Below are positions 25,254 through 39,055 of a stretch of DNA of 64,000 nt, piece after piece. A program made the translations under genes and the position numbers. The notes beneath the pieces are model-generated. The model ran no database searches. It was not told the DNA's origin and saw only the letters and a program-made list of their open reading frames with translations. Origin of the DNA: the human T2T-CHM13v2.0 reference genome, Homo sapiens. Every line of letters begins with the position of its first letter. Position 1 is the first letter of the stretch. Location: NCBI RefSeq assembly GCF_009914755.1, contig NC_060927.1, one strand, 5' to 3'.

Positions 25254-26559
25254 GCCAATATGTTTGCACTCATTGGGCCCAAGTAATCATCTCTGCCCTA
25301 TCAGATAAACTTCAAAAGTGGCCTCTGCCCAGTGAGCCCTGGGAACAAATGAGGATCCAGAGACCCTCTACCTTTTCCATATTTACTTCCTCCCAAATAA
25401 ACAAAGATCTTTAGAGCATCCTGGGCTTCACTGAACCTAGCTGTAAACTTAGGGCACTGGTGTTGGGGAAATGAGAGTAGCATTAGAAATCCCATTGAAA
25501 TTTTCTCTCCATTTACCTACTTCTATATGAAGGTTACGTCATTCCCAAGGAGCTTCTGGGACTGTAAGTCTACCAGGTTGCTCCCTAATGCATTCATTCA
25601 CATAGCAGGATTCAATAAAATAATGACTTACGATATCTTTCTCCCCAACTTTTATGAGAAGCAGTGGCCTTCCATTCTTTCCCTTTGTTCTTGCTCAATA
25701 GAAGACGAATGTAAACAAAATATGAATTTTGTAGGCAAATGGAAAGGAGCATTGGCTAATTATTCTATCAAATTAAACCATCCTCTTTGAAAAACTGGAA
25801 CTTTCAAAAATTAAGTGGCTTTCCCTCTTTCAATCGTATGTTCCCTGGCTCCATAGTGAAGGCATTGTCACCTAGCTACACGACATTTTATGTTCCAAAT
25901 AACAGTTCTTCCTAATGTCTTAGAGGTTATCAGCATGAAAGAAGCATTTCACACTAAACCCCTGCAAGTATTGCCATGAGCAATAATAATTTTTTTAAGC
26001 TCACTCTGTCAGACTGATTATCCATCCCAGATTAATTCAGAGCATCCTTTCTCTGCTAAAATAAAGATGAAAGTTGGCTGCACTGTGTGGGCAGGAGAAG
26101 GGATGGTGTGGAAATAAAAGAACATAAAATGAGTATCTGTTTTCGAGGCAGCTGAGAACAAGCTGCAGGCTTCTGTCCTTGCTGTTGTCTCCTTTTAGAG
26201 AAAATAAGCCCAAGCAGCTTGTTTAAGTAGGTAGTTAATTTTAAACCAGATTTAAAGACTGCTAAGAAACACACTGGCCCCAATCCAGGCCATGGTCAGT
26301 TGCTGCTAAATCCCACTGACGTCCATAAGACGCAAACAATAGGTCCCAGACGCTTAGGCACAGACGTGCAAGGTTTTACATCCTTATGTCCTCAGGTTTG
26401 TCCTAAGCAATTTAGTCCATTGCCCAATGAAATTGTAATACACCATGCTAAGATAAAATTAAACTATCCTCTACAGGTCAGGATTAATTTTGCAAACTCC
26501 ATTTCCTGGAGATAATTGGTCACTGGGTACTTATAGGAGGATTAGTCCACTTGAAGTTT

Positions 26560-26830
26560 TATCTCCTCCCCTGAAATCTTCCCCAATCCTTCCAGCATTG
26601 AATTAATCTCTCGCCTTTGTGTTCCCATTGCACTTGACCTATACCTCAATTATAGCACTTAGCACAGTCTCTCTGGCATTACCGTTATTTCTGTGATCTT
26701 ATCTCCCTTACTAGACTGCAGGTTCTTTAAGGAACAAGACTCTGTCCTAGTGGTTTTTGTGTTTCTAGCATCTGGGACAGGGTATGGTGTGTCCTTAATA
26801 GACATTTATTGAAGAACTGAAGGATGGAAA
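26560..26830 (+). mobile_element. L2 3' end
   Basis: TCTCCCTTACTAGACTG...TCTAGCATCTGGGACAG...TAATAGACATTTATTGAA. Confidence 0.65.
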
Positions 26831-27099
26831 TGAAAGAAGAATTTAATGGTTACCTCTATCATTATCAAATGTCACTATCTCCTCTTACACAAGGTCTTAA
26901 TCAAATCCCTTGGAAGAGAGCTCTGGAATACTTAAGAGATTCTGGAATTTAGAAGGAAGAGAAGAATTTCAAGGGAATTTAGGAGTGAGCCTTTTGGGAG
27001 ATTAAAGAAGCAACAAAAACGTGCATATGGAAAACTCATTTCAATTAGTCCTTTTTGTTTTAAAGATTCTGAGAATTATCAGGGATAGAGATAGGTTTT

Positions 27100-27535
27100 G
27101 TATCACCAAGAGTCCTAAGGTTACAAGTAACAGAAATTACCTTGGGTCAATAAAAGCAGAGAAGGGATTTATTGTAAACATGTGAAGACATTCACATAAT
27201 GAAAGGGAAGGCTGAAAACTGGCCTCCAAAACACACAGGAAACAAAGCGGCTCAAGGCACATGTACAGTGGAAACTAACAAATGGCTTCAATTTGTAGTT
27301 CAACTCGTGCATTGTTATAGGCATGATTCAACTCAACCAGCCATGCTATTCAGGGTTCAAAATCTAGAAAAAGAGCCTTGTTGGTCTGAGTTTGGACATA
27401 TGCCCATCCCTTGGCTATCGAATAGACCCTTCCATAAAAGAAATGCAGTCTCTCCAAGAGATGTGATTTCCCAAAAGGAAATCAAGGTGCCATTAACAAA
27501 AGAAGAGAGATTGAGTGTTTTGGCAACCAAAGCAC
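27100..27535 (-). mobile_element. Old MLT1-type MaLR LTR
   Basis: GGTTACAAGTAACAGAAA...AAGGGATTTATTG; TTGGTCTGAGTTTGGACATATGCCCATCCCTTGGCT. Confidence 0.55.
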
Positions 27536-28180
27536 TGATAATGTTGCTACTGTCGATGACAGTATTCCCTTGGAAAATATCCAAATTAGAAAACTACTTT
27601 AAGGACCAGAACACTCTTATAGCTAGTAGGAAATATGTGACCCTAGAAACTTGCATTTAAATAGATCCAACTTGAAGTTCAAGTACAACACATTTAGACA
27701 AATACTATCAAATAGCTTGTCCACCATTGATGTTGTTCATGTATGTCAGGGCTTTATTACCTTGTTAAATTGCTTAGAAAGCCATGTTTTCTAATAGAAA
27801 AAAAAGACCAAATAAATCCCAGAAGAAGTCATCAAATAATGGCTAAATCTGAAACTGGAGTTGATGAGAACATTAAGGTAACTGAATTTCTGTCAACATT
27901 TTTGTGCTTTCTCATGTGGGTACAGAACCAAGTTATAGCTAGAAGAAAAAATGAATAAACTGGGTTTGTTTAGTGAAATTGTAGAAGTTCTAGAAATTAC
28001 ATTTTTTCTCATTTGCAGTATCTCACTTTAAAAATTAACACATGAAAGTCACATTTTGTCAGCAGATATTTATTGTACCTCTCTTACTAATGCTAATCAT
28101 TTAAGGTTTTTAAGTGCTTCTGTGTATCAGATACTCTGCTAAGATCTTTACCTACATTTCTCATTTAATTTATAAGAACC

Positions 28181-28617
28181 TGTCAGTACAGTTAGTGTTG
28201 CTATAACAGAATAGCTGAGACTGAGTAGTCTATAAAGAAAAGAGGTTTATTTGGCTTACAGTTCTAGTGGCTAGAAAATGCAAGATTGGACATTTGCATC
28301 TGGTAAGGGCTTCAGGTTGCTCCAGCTCACGGTTGAAAGCAGAAGGGGACCACTGTGTATGATGAGGTAACGTGGTGACAGAGGATGCAAAAGTTGGAGA
28401 ATGTCAGGCTCTTTTTAACAACCAGCTCTCATGGGAACTAATAGAGTGAGAACTCACTCATCCCCTCTCTCCCCAGGGTGAGAAAATGAGTAATCTATTC
28501 ATAAGGAATCCACCCCCATAACCCCAGCACCTTCCACCAGGCCCACCTCCCAACATTGCCACATTGGGTATCAAATTACAATATGAAAGTGAAGGGGACA
28601 AACAGCCAATCATATCA
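28181..28617 (-). mobile_element. MSTB-like solo LTR inserted into a MIR (~28090-28180 and ~28620-28715)
   Basis: TG...CA ends; AAGAAAAGAGGTTTATTTGGCTTACAGTTCT; perfect 5-bp TSD GAACC (28176-28180, 28618-28622). Confidence 0.88.
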
Positions 28618-29148
28618 GAACCCAATGAGAGTAGTTACTGTCAGTATTAGGAAACTAGGGATCAAACAAATTAAGTAACTTGCCTATGGTTCCACAGCTG
28701 ATAAGTAGCAGAATTAAAGTAAAGAAAATAATTGCATGGAAAATAAATACACTCTGCATACATGCATACATACAATTACAGATGTGGTTAATTACTTTAG
28801 TAATTATTTTCTGAAGTACTTAAATTACTTATCCTTACAAAGAACAATTCCTCAATAAATATATATTAAAGGCAGGAATTTATATTGTGATACTAAAAAT
28901 ATGACTTCCAAGAAATTTTTTGTGGATAGGAAAAAAGATCATCAGCATAAAAGGCCTTTTGATATAGACTACAATAACCTGTGATTCCTTCTACTGACTC
29001 TGAAAATGATTTTCCGTTGTTTTAGTAGGACTAAATACAGAAGAAAAAAGAACTGATTAATATTTTTTACCCTTGTGTCTATTTGCTCTGGAACACCTTA
29101 TTAATAGAGATGGTGGAATGTATTTCTCTAACATTAAATAAAATCTAG

Positions 29149-30758
29149 GTAATCAAGACAGCATAGTATTGGCATAAGGATAGACATATAGACCAATGGA
29201 GAAGAACTGGTAGTCCATAAATAAAACTTTACACTTATAATCAAATGATTTTTGATAAGAGTACAAGGCATATTAATGGAGAAAAAATAGTCTTTTCAAC
29301 AAAAGGTGCTGAGACAACTGAATATCCACATGCAAAAAAAAAAATGAAGTTGGCGCCCTACCTCATACCATTTACAAAAATTAACTCATAATGGAACATA
29401 GACCATGTAAGAGCTAAAACTACAGAACACTTAGAAGAAAATATAGGAGTAAATTTTTATGACCTTGGGCTAGGCAATCGTTTCTTAGATAATGGTATCA
29501 AAGGTATAGACAACCACAAAAAAATAGATAAACTGGATTTCATCACAAATTTTAAAAACATTTGTATTTTAAAGGACTCTATCAGCCAGGTGCAGTAGTT
29601 CATGCCTGTAACCCCAGCACTTTGGGAGGCTGAGATGGGAGAATCACTTGAGGCCAAAAATTCGAGACCAGCCTGCTCAACATAAGGAAACCCTCATCTC
29701 TACAAAAAATAAAATAAAAATTTTAAAAATTTAAGGAATAAAAAAACTTTTACAAAGTAATTCATCAAGAAAGTGAATAAACCATCTACAGAATGGAAGA
29801 CAAATTATGCAAATAATAAATCCAAAAAGGAACTTACATCCAGAATACATGAAGAATTCTTATAACTTAACAATAAAAAGATGACCAGTTTTAAAATGGG
29901 CAAAGAACTTGAGTAGACATTCATCCAAGAAGATATACAAATAGCCAAAAAGCACATTAAAAGGTGCTCAGCATCATTACTCATTAGGGAAATGCAAATC
30001 AAAACTACACTATTTCAGCCTCCGTGAGATGGTTAAAATAAAAAACACAGACAATAACAAGTATTGACAAGGCTGTGGAAAAACTGAATTTCTCTTACAT
30101 TGCTAGTGGGATTGTAAAATTGTAAAACCACTTTGGAAAACAGTTTGGCAGTTCCTCCAAATGTTAAACATATGATTATGTTACCACTAAACTGTATGAT
30201 CTAGCAATTCCACTCCTAAGTATATCACCTATGAGAAGTGAAAATATATGTCCACACAAAAACCTGTACGTGAATGTTCCTAGCAGCTTTATTTATAATA
30301 GCTCAAAATGGAAACAACTCAAATATCTACCAATTGATGAATGAATTTTTTAAAGGTGATATAGCTATACAATGGAATATTATTTAGCAATATAAAAGGA
30401 ACAAAGTACTGATACATGCAACAACATGGATAAACCTTCAAAACATCATGCTAAGTAAAATATGCCAGTCCGTTTCTATAAAATTTTCAGAATATGCAAA
30501 TACATAGAAACAAAGTAGATTAGAATTTCCAGGGCTGAGGGATGAATGAATGGGATACGACTGCTAATAGGTATGAGGCTTCTTTTTGGGGAAATGAAAA
30601 TGTTCTGAAATTAGATAGTATGTAGGTTACTCTGTAAATATACTAAAACTCTGTGAATACATGAAACTATGAATATATGATAGCTTACTGAAACGTGCAC
30701 TTTAAAAGGGTGACGATATGTTAATTTTATCTCCATAAAGCTATTACTTAAAAAAAAA
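29149..30758 (+). mobile_element. L1MB-type element (ORF2 3' end plus 3' UTR, 5'-truncated)
   Basis: GTAATCAAGACAGCATAGTATTGGCATAAGGATAGACATATAGACCAATGG; GGAAATGCAAATCAAAAC; GAAAATGTTCTGAAATTAGATAGT; A-tail. Confidence 0.9.
29584..29720 (+). mobile_element. Alu left monomer (FLAM_C-like) nested in L1
   Basis: GCCAGGTGCAGTAGTTCATGCCTGTAACCCCAGCACTTTGGGAGGCTGAG...CATCTCTACAAAAAATAAAAT. Confidence 0.88.
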
Positions 30759-30929
30759 TTAGGGTCAGTCGTCCTTTCTCTGAGATGGTAAACTTGCAAA
30801 ATGACTTGTACCTCCCCAAACTTGCCATTTTCAGACTCTTTTATAACTATGTACACACTCTACCCTTTGTCTACAAACTTCTACCTACTTTCCCATCTCA
30901 CTTCAACCCCTTTCGTGCCCTGCAAATTT

Positions 30930-31215
30930 CTTATTCTTCCTTCATGAGTTGGCTCAGATTTTATCTCTACTAGAAAATCTTCTGAATCCTTAGTTCAACG
31001 TTGAATTGCATTTATCTGAAGGTCCAGCTGAACCATACAGACATCTTTATTCTGGCACAAATCATACTCCATGGTAATCTTCTGTTTATGTGTCAGTCTT
31101 TCATTAGTGTATAAGCTTCTTGAAGCATTTGTCTTTGTGTTTTGAGGTCTGGCACAGTGCCTGGCACCTGGTGGCAATTAGAAATGTTTACTGAAGAAAT
31201 GAATGAATGAATGCT
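30930..31215 (+). mobile_element. L2 3' end
   Basis: CTGGCACAGTGCCTGGCAC...AAATGTTTACTGAAGAAATGAATGAATGAAT. Confidence 0.7.
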
Positions 31216-32019
31216 TAAAGGCAGAAAAATGAATAAAATAATACCTTCTGGTGGAAAGATTCTACGATGTCAGGATATATTCTAATCACAGAAAGTGTCT
31301 TAGAGTTCAGCCTTAAATACTTTCATATGTTGAATTCAAATTACCTGTGGAAATCCATGCTACAATGAATAAATATTTCCCTTCTAAATGTGAGCTTTTA
31401 AGTCAGTCCTCAAGCGACCCAGGGTAAGCTGAGCTTCCTAAGAAGAATAAGAAATTCTTCTTGCTCTGTGGAATATTCTTGTACAACTAACCATCTAGAT
31501 TACAGGATCCTAAAACTTTTCTTTGGGACATCTACCCCTGGTTGTCAATAAACCTGAGAAAGTTAAGAGTTGAATCATGAATCTATTGCCATAGGACATA
31601 CAGCCTCTGGTGGATAAATTTAACCCAGATTACTGTCTTTCCAAAACAATATTTCCTTCCCTACCACTTAAGCACACTGTGGTTTGAAACATTTGAATGG
31701 GATTATCACATAGACAAAAAGGATTAATAATTTACAATGACATTTGATCGTGAGGCTTTTTTGATGCACAAATCCAAGTATTTAAGCAGCTGATGGCATC
31801 CTACTAGAGATAAGAAACCACTATAAGTAAACAAAACAAACCCTGAACAACTGCCTTCACAGAGCTTACATTATAGCAGAAGAGATATGTGGGAAAATAA
31901 TTTCAAGCAGAGAGAATAATTAATGTAATGGTGAGAATACGTTTTGTGAATGGAAGGAGGCCAAAGTGCTGGGATATAGTGAACATTACACAGCAGTTGA
32001 TGATAATTAATATTATTCT

Positions 32020-32450
32020 TGGTGGAGTCAGAACTGTTGGTCACAATTCTTCCTCCCCTTCCTCCAACTAGTATTTTGCAAAGCCACCTTTGCCGTGATC
32101 TCATAAAAACAGTATATTTATCTGCCCCATTGATTTTGGGCTTGGTAAGTGACTTGTTTTGATTAATAGAAAGTGGGCAGAAGTGATAGGATGTCATTTC
32201 CCACATGAGGCCTTAATAAGCATTGCATGTTTCTGCTTGCCATCCTGTGCCCCCACCATCAGCAAGAGAAGGCTTCCTCCACGTGGAGGGATCCCTCTTC
32301 ATCCTGAGTCCTAGAATGGACATGCATGAAGCAGAGCCACTTCAACCAACCCATAAGCATAAGAGCAAGAATAGATGGTGGTGGTTTTGAACCACTGAGT
32401 TTGGAGGTGGTTAATTACACTGCATTATCATGGCAATAGCTAACTGATAT
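32020..32450 (+). mobile_element. MLT1I/J-like MaLR LTR
   Basis: CCCCATTGATTTTGGGCTTGG..GTGACTTGTTTTG...CCACTGAGTTTGGAGGTGG...GGCAATAGCTAACTGATA. Confidence 0.75.
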
Positions 32451-33220
32451 AATCTTCAATATGAATCTCACACATTATTAATATATCTTTCTATGTCTTA
32501 CTTTTTTAAATATGATTTTATTGTTTGTATAGTCTATAGTAACCAAATCATCCCTGGGAATGATAAAAACAAACAGGAGCCTAGCTAACTATATTCGGAA
32601 GAAATAAGCCTCACTTAACTAGATTCCTGATTTGCTCTCATCATTTGCTTAGTTTCAAGGAAGCAAAGGCCCTTTCTTTCTTCCCTTCTTCTGCTTTCAC
32701 CTCTGCACCAGGACCTCTGTTGTTTCAGTTTCAGTTTGAAGTTTTTGCATCACTGAAAAAAATATACAACTTTGTAGCTTACAGTTTATATTTTGGCATC
32801 TGTGTGTGTTAGTATTAGTCATTCAATAGATGGGTGATTCCACAACAAAGTAGAATCCATGAAGGGAGGTGTGAAGTTATTTTTATAAATAAACCCAATT
32901 TTTGGTGCATTTTCACAAGTTTTAGTTCCTGGGCTCGAGTTTCTAAAGGAAGTTCAGGCTTTTATGCATGTGTGTCCCAAACTTGAACCTAACAGGAATG
33001 CAAATAGAAAATTAATCTCATCAGACATATCATAGAACTTCCTTCTCTGGTATCTAAATACTAAAACTGTCCTCAAAACATCAGTTATTCAGCAAGTAGT
33101 TATTGAATGTAGATCCTCAAAACATGCCAAGCAATACAGAGCCACAAAAGAAGGGTATGGTCCTTGCCCACAGTGAAAATATCCTGAGTAACAACTTTAA
33201 AAATGGAGACTGCTCTGAGC

Positions 33221-33670
33221 TATCTTAATTTGGGTTTCCCTAAGGCAGACCTTAAAACAAAGACCTAGGCACAAGGAGCCTTTATAGGAGGTGATTTCAG
33301 AAAGCACAAGAAAGACATGGGGTAAGCGAGACAGAGAAGGGAGCAAGCCAGTAAAGTTTGCATTAATGAGCAGGTTATCACTGTGGGCAACTGGGGCTCA
33401 GTCCTGCTGGGATCCTCTGAGAAACTGTATGGAACACACCCAAGAATCCCCGGACAGAGGGCAGAGAGGCTGGGCCATCTACCCACTGACTTCCACCCTC
33501 CAGGGTTTTAGGGCTGAATCCAAAAATGTTAACTCTCCCACACTTCCAGCTGTGCCTGCTTGCAGCATAGTAAATTTGCTTGGATAGAGGAAGGCCCTCA
33601 AACAGAAAAAAGAGCTTAATGTAGGAGGCATATCAATATCTACAGGAGCTACCACATGTGTCTGCTAGAG
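33221..33670 (-). mobile_element. LTR16-like ERVL LTR
   Basis: GGGTTTCCCTAAGGCAGACC...GGAGGTGATTTCAG...ATGAGCAGGTTATCACTGTGGGCAACTGGGGCTCAGTCCTGCTGGG. Confidence 0.7.
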
Positions 33671-33775
33671 GAGTACGGCTATTTATTTCATCAGTTATAA
33701 TAATAGTATTTATTAAACACTTACTATGTGCCAGGCATGGTGCTAAGCTTTTTACAGACACCTTATTATTTTATT

Positions 33776-33836
33776 CCTTATGAAGTAGGTCATGTTATTA
33801 TCACCTTATGAAGTAGGTCATGTTATTATCACCTTA
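33776..33836 (+). repeat. Perfect 28-bp tandem duplication plus a 5-bp third start
   Basis: CCTTATGAAGTAGGTCATGTTATTATCA at 33776-33803 and 33804-33831, then CCTTA. Confidence 0.97.
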
Positions 33837-33878
33837 ATTATTAGGTAGCAAACAGTATATTAAAGATTGTGTTTAATT
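33837..33878 (+). repeat. 42-bp dispersed direct repeat, copy 1 (inserted copy)
   Basis: ATTATTAGGTAGCAAACAGTATATTAAAGATTGTGTTTAATT, 42/42 identical to 39274-39315. Confidence 0.97.
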
Positions 33879-34487
33879 ATCATCTTCTATAGACAAAGAA
33901 ATTAAGAAATTAGCTCATGTGACACAGCAAGGAAGTGGTGGAGATTTTAACGTGAGTAGTCTGAACATAGAGCCATGGTCTAAGCAACACTTTACTACTG
34001 AAGGGGCAAGGTGCAGAAAACAAGGTCCTCAAAGTTGGGGAAAATAATGAATCATACAATCCTCAGGGAAGGCTTCGTGGAGGAAATATACTCGAGTAGT
34101 ACTTTGAGATTGATAAAATGGAGACATGCAGAAAAAGAAACGAGCCTCTGCATGTTAAGGAAGGAAAAAGAGGGAGGGGGAAATGGTTGTAACATAATGG
34201 GCATGAATTCAATAAAATGTCCACCTCAGGACATACACAGAGTTGGCCCTTGCTATGCAGTAAGGCATATACAATATTGTGTATAACTCTATGTTCACTA
34301 GACAAATATGTATTGGGCATCTACTTCATACTTGGCAAGATTTTTTTTAAAAGACCCAGACATGATTTGCTAGAGGAGAGACACATACAGAAGACATGTG
34401 TTATTTCCGTTTTTTAGTATTGAACCCTTCTTTTTAATGAAGAACCCATTCAGTGAGGTTCATGTGAAATTTCACCTCCTATCACTC

Positions 34488-34489
<2 letters not shown>

Positions 34490-34526
<37 letters not shown>

Positions 34527-34532
34527 CCCCCC

Positions 34533-34576
<44 letters not shown>
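34490..34576. repeat. (CA)n microsatellite split by ATCCCCCCCA
   Basis: Seen directly. Confidence 0.95.
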
Positions 34577-34582
<6 letters not shown>

Positions 34583-36547
34583 TAGTACCTGACTGCAGCC
34601 TGGCCAATTAGTACATCTATTTCCCTGGCCTTGGTGATTGTTTTTGAGATGAACATGTGACCTAATTTGAAGTTTTTCTCTTGGAGCTGGGAGAACGATG
34701 GCCTCTGCTAGTCAGGGCTACTGAGCTGGTAAGTTGCGAATGTCAGACTTCCATTTTGCCCACCGCAGAGAGAAAGAATAAAACCAAGCAGAGGCAGGCA
34801 GCTTTAAGGAATTAAGGAAGAGACAGCCAGTGTACTGCCAATTCTTTTTTTTTTTTTTACCTCTTGGACTCAGTCTTGACAATAAACAAGAGACACATCT
34901 TACCTCAAATTTCTCAGAAGACATTCCTCTAATTGCACATGGTAGAAGGGAGTTTGATTAGGTAACCAAATTTCATTTTCTTAACATGGCTTCTTATAAG
35001 ACTCAACCAACCACAGTTTCAGAATTACAATCTATTGACCTTAGTCATTCTCCGGGACAGCAAAATGCACCAGTTCTTTCTATTGACCTGAGTTATCACA
35101 GGCCATCAGACCCACTGAATAGTAGGGGGAGTTCTGGAATAGTTACATAGATTTAAGATGGAAATCTTAACTTAGGGTGAATTTTTTCTTCATTAAAGGA
35201 GCCAATCTATTGCGTACTAAATCCTGCTAATATAATCCTCTTTTTATAAAATTATTTCCCTTCCCACTCACTCACTTAGTCTTCTTTAGTTCATATTCCT
35301 CGGCTTGAAATCCAGACTATGAATATTGGCATAGGCTGCCCACATGTGAAATTTCTTTCACAAGGTTTAGGAGCCCAGAGAAGCTAAACATAGAAAAAGC
35401 AAAACTAAAATTAATTTCAGAAAAGAATGCTTTTCAATCATGCAGTATCCAGTGTCCTGATATAAAACAACTGTCTTCTCAAGAGGGCACTTGGGATGAA
35501 AATAACAAGCTAAAAATAGAGGCACGAGGTAGCAGCAAAAAGAGGAAAGACAGAGAAGAAATGGATTTTATCAAACTTTGAGGTGCCAGTGGGTATTTCC
35601 ACAGCTGATGCTTATTCCAAATAAAAGTTATATGAGCCATTGTTTTATCTGAGATGCTCCAGTCACTTATAAAGAAGCTAGGTGAAAGTCAACTGAATCA
35701 ATAAAAATTTTGAGCACCAAATGTGCCAGTCACTGTGCTGGGCGCTAGAGACACAGTAAGAAACTAGAATCTCGTTCTCTCTCTTTATCCCCATGTTTTC
35801 TTCTGTATTGGCCTCATTATTTTGGCATAGAATTGAGTATACATGCCTTAGATCCTCAAGCGCAGTGGCTAAAACATGATAATTGATCAGATCTACTTCT
35901 GAGTTTCAAACCTGAAAAGCAAGAAACTGTTCAGAAAATAAACAATACATACAGGTAAGCAAAAACATCAGATGCCCCCTTCGTTGGAGATACTAAGATA
36001 AGTAACACTGCTCGCAAATTTCGTGTTGTAAATTCCCCATATTAAGCCTCAGTCTCTGACTTCCCTTTAGGAATGAGATAAAGGATTGGAGAGGTAATGT
36101 TTATACTGAGTAATCACTCCAGTGGGCTGTCTAAGTCTGACCTCTATTTTCCTACCTCTAGCCTGAGAAATCTGGAGAAGTAAAATGGTCAAAGACCAAG
36201 GAGCATTTATAACTTTAGACAGGGCTCCTCTCTGAGTCAGGCATGGACAATCAGTTGAATAGAGAATATCTAGGCAGTTTTAGTTTGGATAAAAGAGCAT
36301 TTTATTCAGTACTCACTGAGGACAGAGAGCACCTGCCATATACTTTTTGAATGATGATGACAATAAAAACTATTGCTTAGTGTGATGACTTGCATATAGG
36401 AGATACTCAGTAAATACCTGCTAAGTGAAAAGAAATACCTATGTAAAATGGTGAATCAGGCCATCTATCCCATATTACCTGAATTACCAAAAGTGGGCAT
36501 AAGTAAAATGAGGTAATTTGAGGGAAGTCAAAATTTATCATCTAGAT

Positions 36548-36898
36548 CAGCAGTTCTCAAATGTGAGGTTTCAAGACCCCTCCACATTTTTTAAATGATT
36601 AAGGACCACAAAGAGCTTTTTATTTTTGTAGATTATATCCATAGATATTTATCATATTAGAAATCATAACTAATAAATTTATTAAATACAAAAATATGCA
36701 AATGCACATTCCATGAACTGTCAGAATAATAGCTGCTTCTTACATCATCTAGCTTCTGTAAAACTCCACTATACACTTGTGAGAAAGTGAGAGTGAAAAT
36801 GACAAACAACATCTTAGTGTTATCATGAAAATAATTTTGATCTAATGCATCCCCCGAAAGAGTTTCAGACATTCCAAACTAGAGTTTGAGGATCTCTG
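36548..36898 (-). mobile_element. Charlie1-derived internally deleted hAT element
   Basis: CAGCAGTTCTCAAA terminus; AAACTCCACTATACACTTGTGAGAAAGTGAGAGTGAAAATGACAAACAACATCTTAGTGTTATCATGAAAATAATTTTGA. Confidence 0.7.
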
Positions 36899-37589
36899 AT
36901 TTGGAGTTGTCAGAAGCATTAAGAATTTCTAGGAAGCCAAACAAAATTATTGAATATTAAATTACTTGTAAGACTTATTTGTAGCATATAGTCACATGAT
37001 TTAGACATTGATTTTTAATCATCAGGAGAGGAAGTTTAATTTAGCTTCTGTTCTATTTAAATATTCTGTTAATCAAGAGGAAAATTATCAGTAGAAGATA
37101 GGTCTTAATCTGTGGGTGAAAGGAATTGCTTGCTGTTTTGGTTATTTTGTTTTTGTTTTTGTTTTTGAGCCCTTTCCAATAATTAAATACCATTTTCTTT
37201 TACAAAGACTTTTTTGACCCTTCTATGACTAGATCAGTGTCATTGACCTCATTAAAAAGTCCAGTCTTTCCTATCAAACCCTTGCTAGACTTTGTATAAA
37301 ACTGCATTTCATTGAAAAAGTGTCCAAATTGGGGTAATTTATCTGGAGAAAGAAGTTCAGGACACTGGCTTGGATAAGCAGGAAGTAGCCCTCGTCCCCT
37401 ACCCTTCCTCAATGCCCTAGACACTGTACTTGACTAATTGCTTTTCACTCTCTAGAATTTACTTCACTAAACATCACCTTCCCTTATGTAGCTGGCCATG
37501 GACAATATGGAGGTTAATCCAAAGACCTTGGGAATAAGGTGGGTGGCGGGGCGGTATTCTAGTAAGAGAAAGAAGCAAGTGGGCATGAT

Positions 37590-37760
37590 GGTAGCAAACG
37601 AGTGGCCATGATCCAGGTGACGTCCATCTTTGTGGGCCAGGTTAAGGGGTTTGAATATGACTAAGTACAAGAGGAAACCGTTGGAGAAGAGCTTTACACA
37701 GAGGAGTGGCATGCTCTGATTTATGCTTTTGAAAGATACCTGGTTGCTGTGCGGAAAATG
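37590..37760 (-). mobile_element. L2 fragment
   Basis: TGTGGGCCAGGTTAAGGGGTTTGAAT...GGAGTGGCATGCTCTGATTTATGCTTTTGAAAGATACC. Confidence 0.65.
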
Positions 37761-39055
37761 AATTCTTACATGTCATGTTACAAATACAGCTTGAAGATTG
37801 TGTGATTAATCTCCCAGTCACCTGCAAAGCATTGGAGACACGGGTGACATTATATGTGCTGACGATAAAGGGTACTTTTCCTATCCCCAGCTGATAAATA
37901 CGTTCAACAAACTGTTCCTAGTTAAATAAAATGTACAATGTTTTCTTGTGTCTTAGACATTTTCTCAAAAAGGATTTGTTTATTTATGGTGATATTAATC
38001 ACTAAAGAATTGGAAATTTACAATTCCAAAGCCGACAGGATAATACCTTTTCAGTGGTTTAAAGGAGATTGTATTTTGTTCTATATGCATAAGTGATTAC
38101 TATTTATTTCATTATAATCTGGCATATATATTGAATTTCCTACCCAGCAAGAGTTCTGTTAAGTTGCCTACCCTGAGCATTTAGTGAAGCCAGTTATTAC
38201 ATGAATAATGAAATGATAGTAAGCAATAACAGAAAATGACCAAATAACTGCTTGATTGGGGGACTTTTTGACAGAACTGTATAGTAATAGAATATGCCTG
38301 TTTCCAGTTCTTTAAAATCTACTTTCTAAAAGAGTTTGGATTTTTTAAATCAACTTTAGTAATCAGACTTACACCTTTAATTGTGAGCTTTTGAAACTCC
38401 TTACAGTTCACATATTATAGCACCTGTAATTGTCAATTACATTCACGCACCATGACAAGTACAATATACTCCATCATCTCATTCAAACTTCACACACACA
38501 CACACACAATCCTATGAATATGGTGCTTTTATTTCTTCCATTTTGCAGATGAGAAATCTGAAGCTCAGAAACACATGAGACTCGTCCAAGGTCAAATAGC
38601 TGAATATTGACAGAGATGCTTTATATTGCCTTTGATTTAGGGGAAAAAAAAAAAACATGTGAAAGGGTAGCGTTCCATTGGACACAAAATGGAGACAAAT
38701 AGAAGTGAAAGGGTGCTGGAAATAACATTTCATTGCTGGGACTGATACTTGAATATTCGTTACTATGTCGCCATTGGGTGTGAGACTAGATGAGGTAAGT
38801 AATGGGTAGAGGGAGGAATTGTCAACTGGTTTTATCATGTTGGACAAAATGTAAAATAGTCTCAATGAAACTTTTAGAACCCAGCTCTTATTTCCATTTT
38901 CAGCACTAGGTCACCAAAGTGATGGGGTTTAGTAAATCTTAACATTTTGGGAATTAAGAAACCTAATAAGAATCTAACAAAACTTATGTAACATGACCCA
39001 GAGTATATAAATTCAAAATGTCCACTAGCGTGAGGCTATTTAGAAAATTATTATA

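Larger units (their letters stand above)
33695..33995 (-). mobile_element. MIR interrupted by a 79-bp complex insertion
   Basis: ATTTATTAAACACTTACTATGTGCCAGGCATGGTGCTAAGC...GACACAGCAAGGAAGTGGTGGAG. Confidence 0.75.

Noticed and set aside
27199-27660. Longest ORF in the track (153 aa)
   Set aside because: Lies mostly in a decayed MLT1 LTR; no recognisable domain or exon structure.
33776-33882. CRISPR-like repeat-spacer reading of the 28-bp repeat plus 42-bp captured segment
   Set aside because: Only two adjacent units with no spacer between them, embedded in a mammalian MIR, and no cas genes; better explained as a repair scar.
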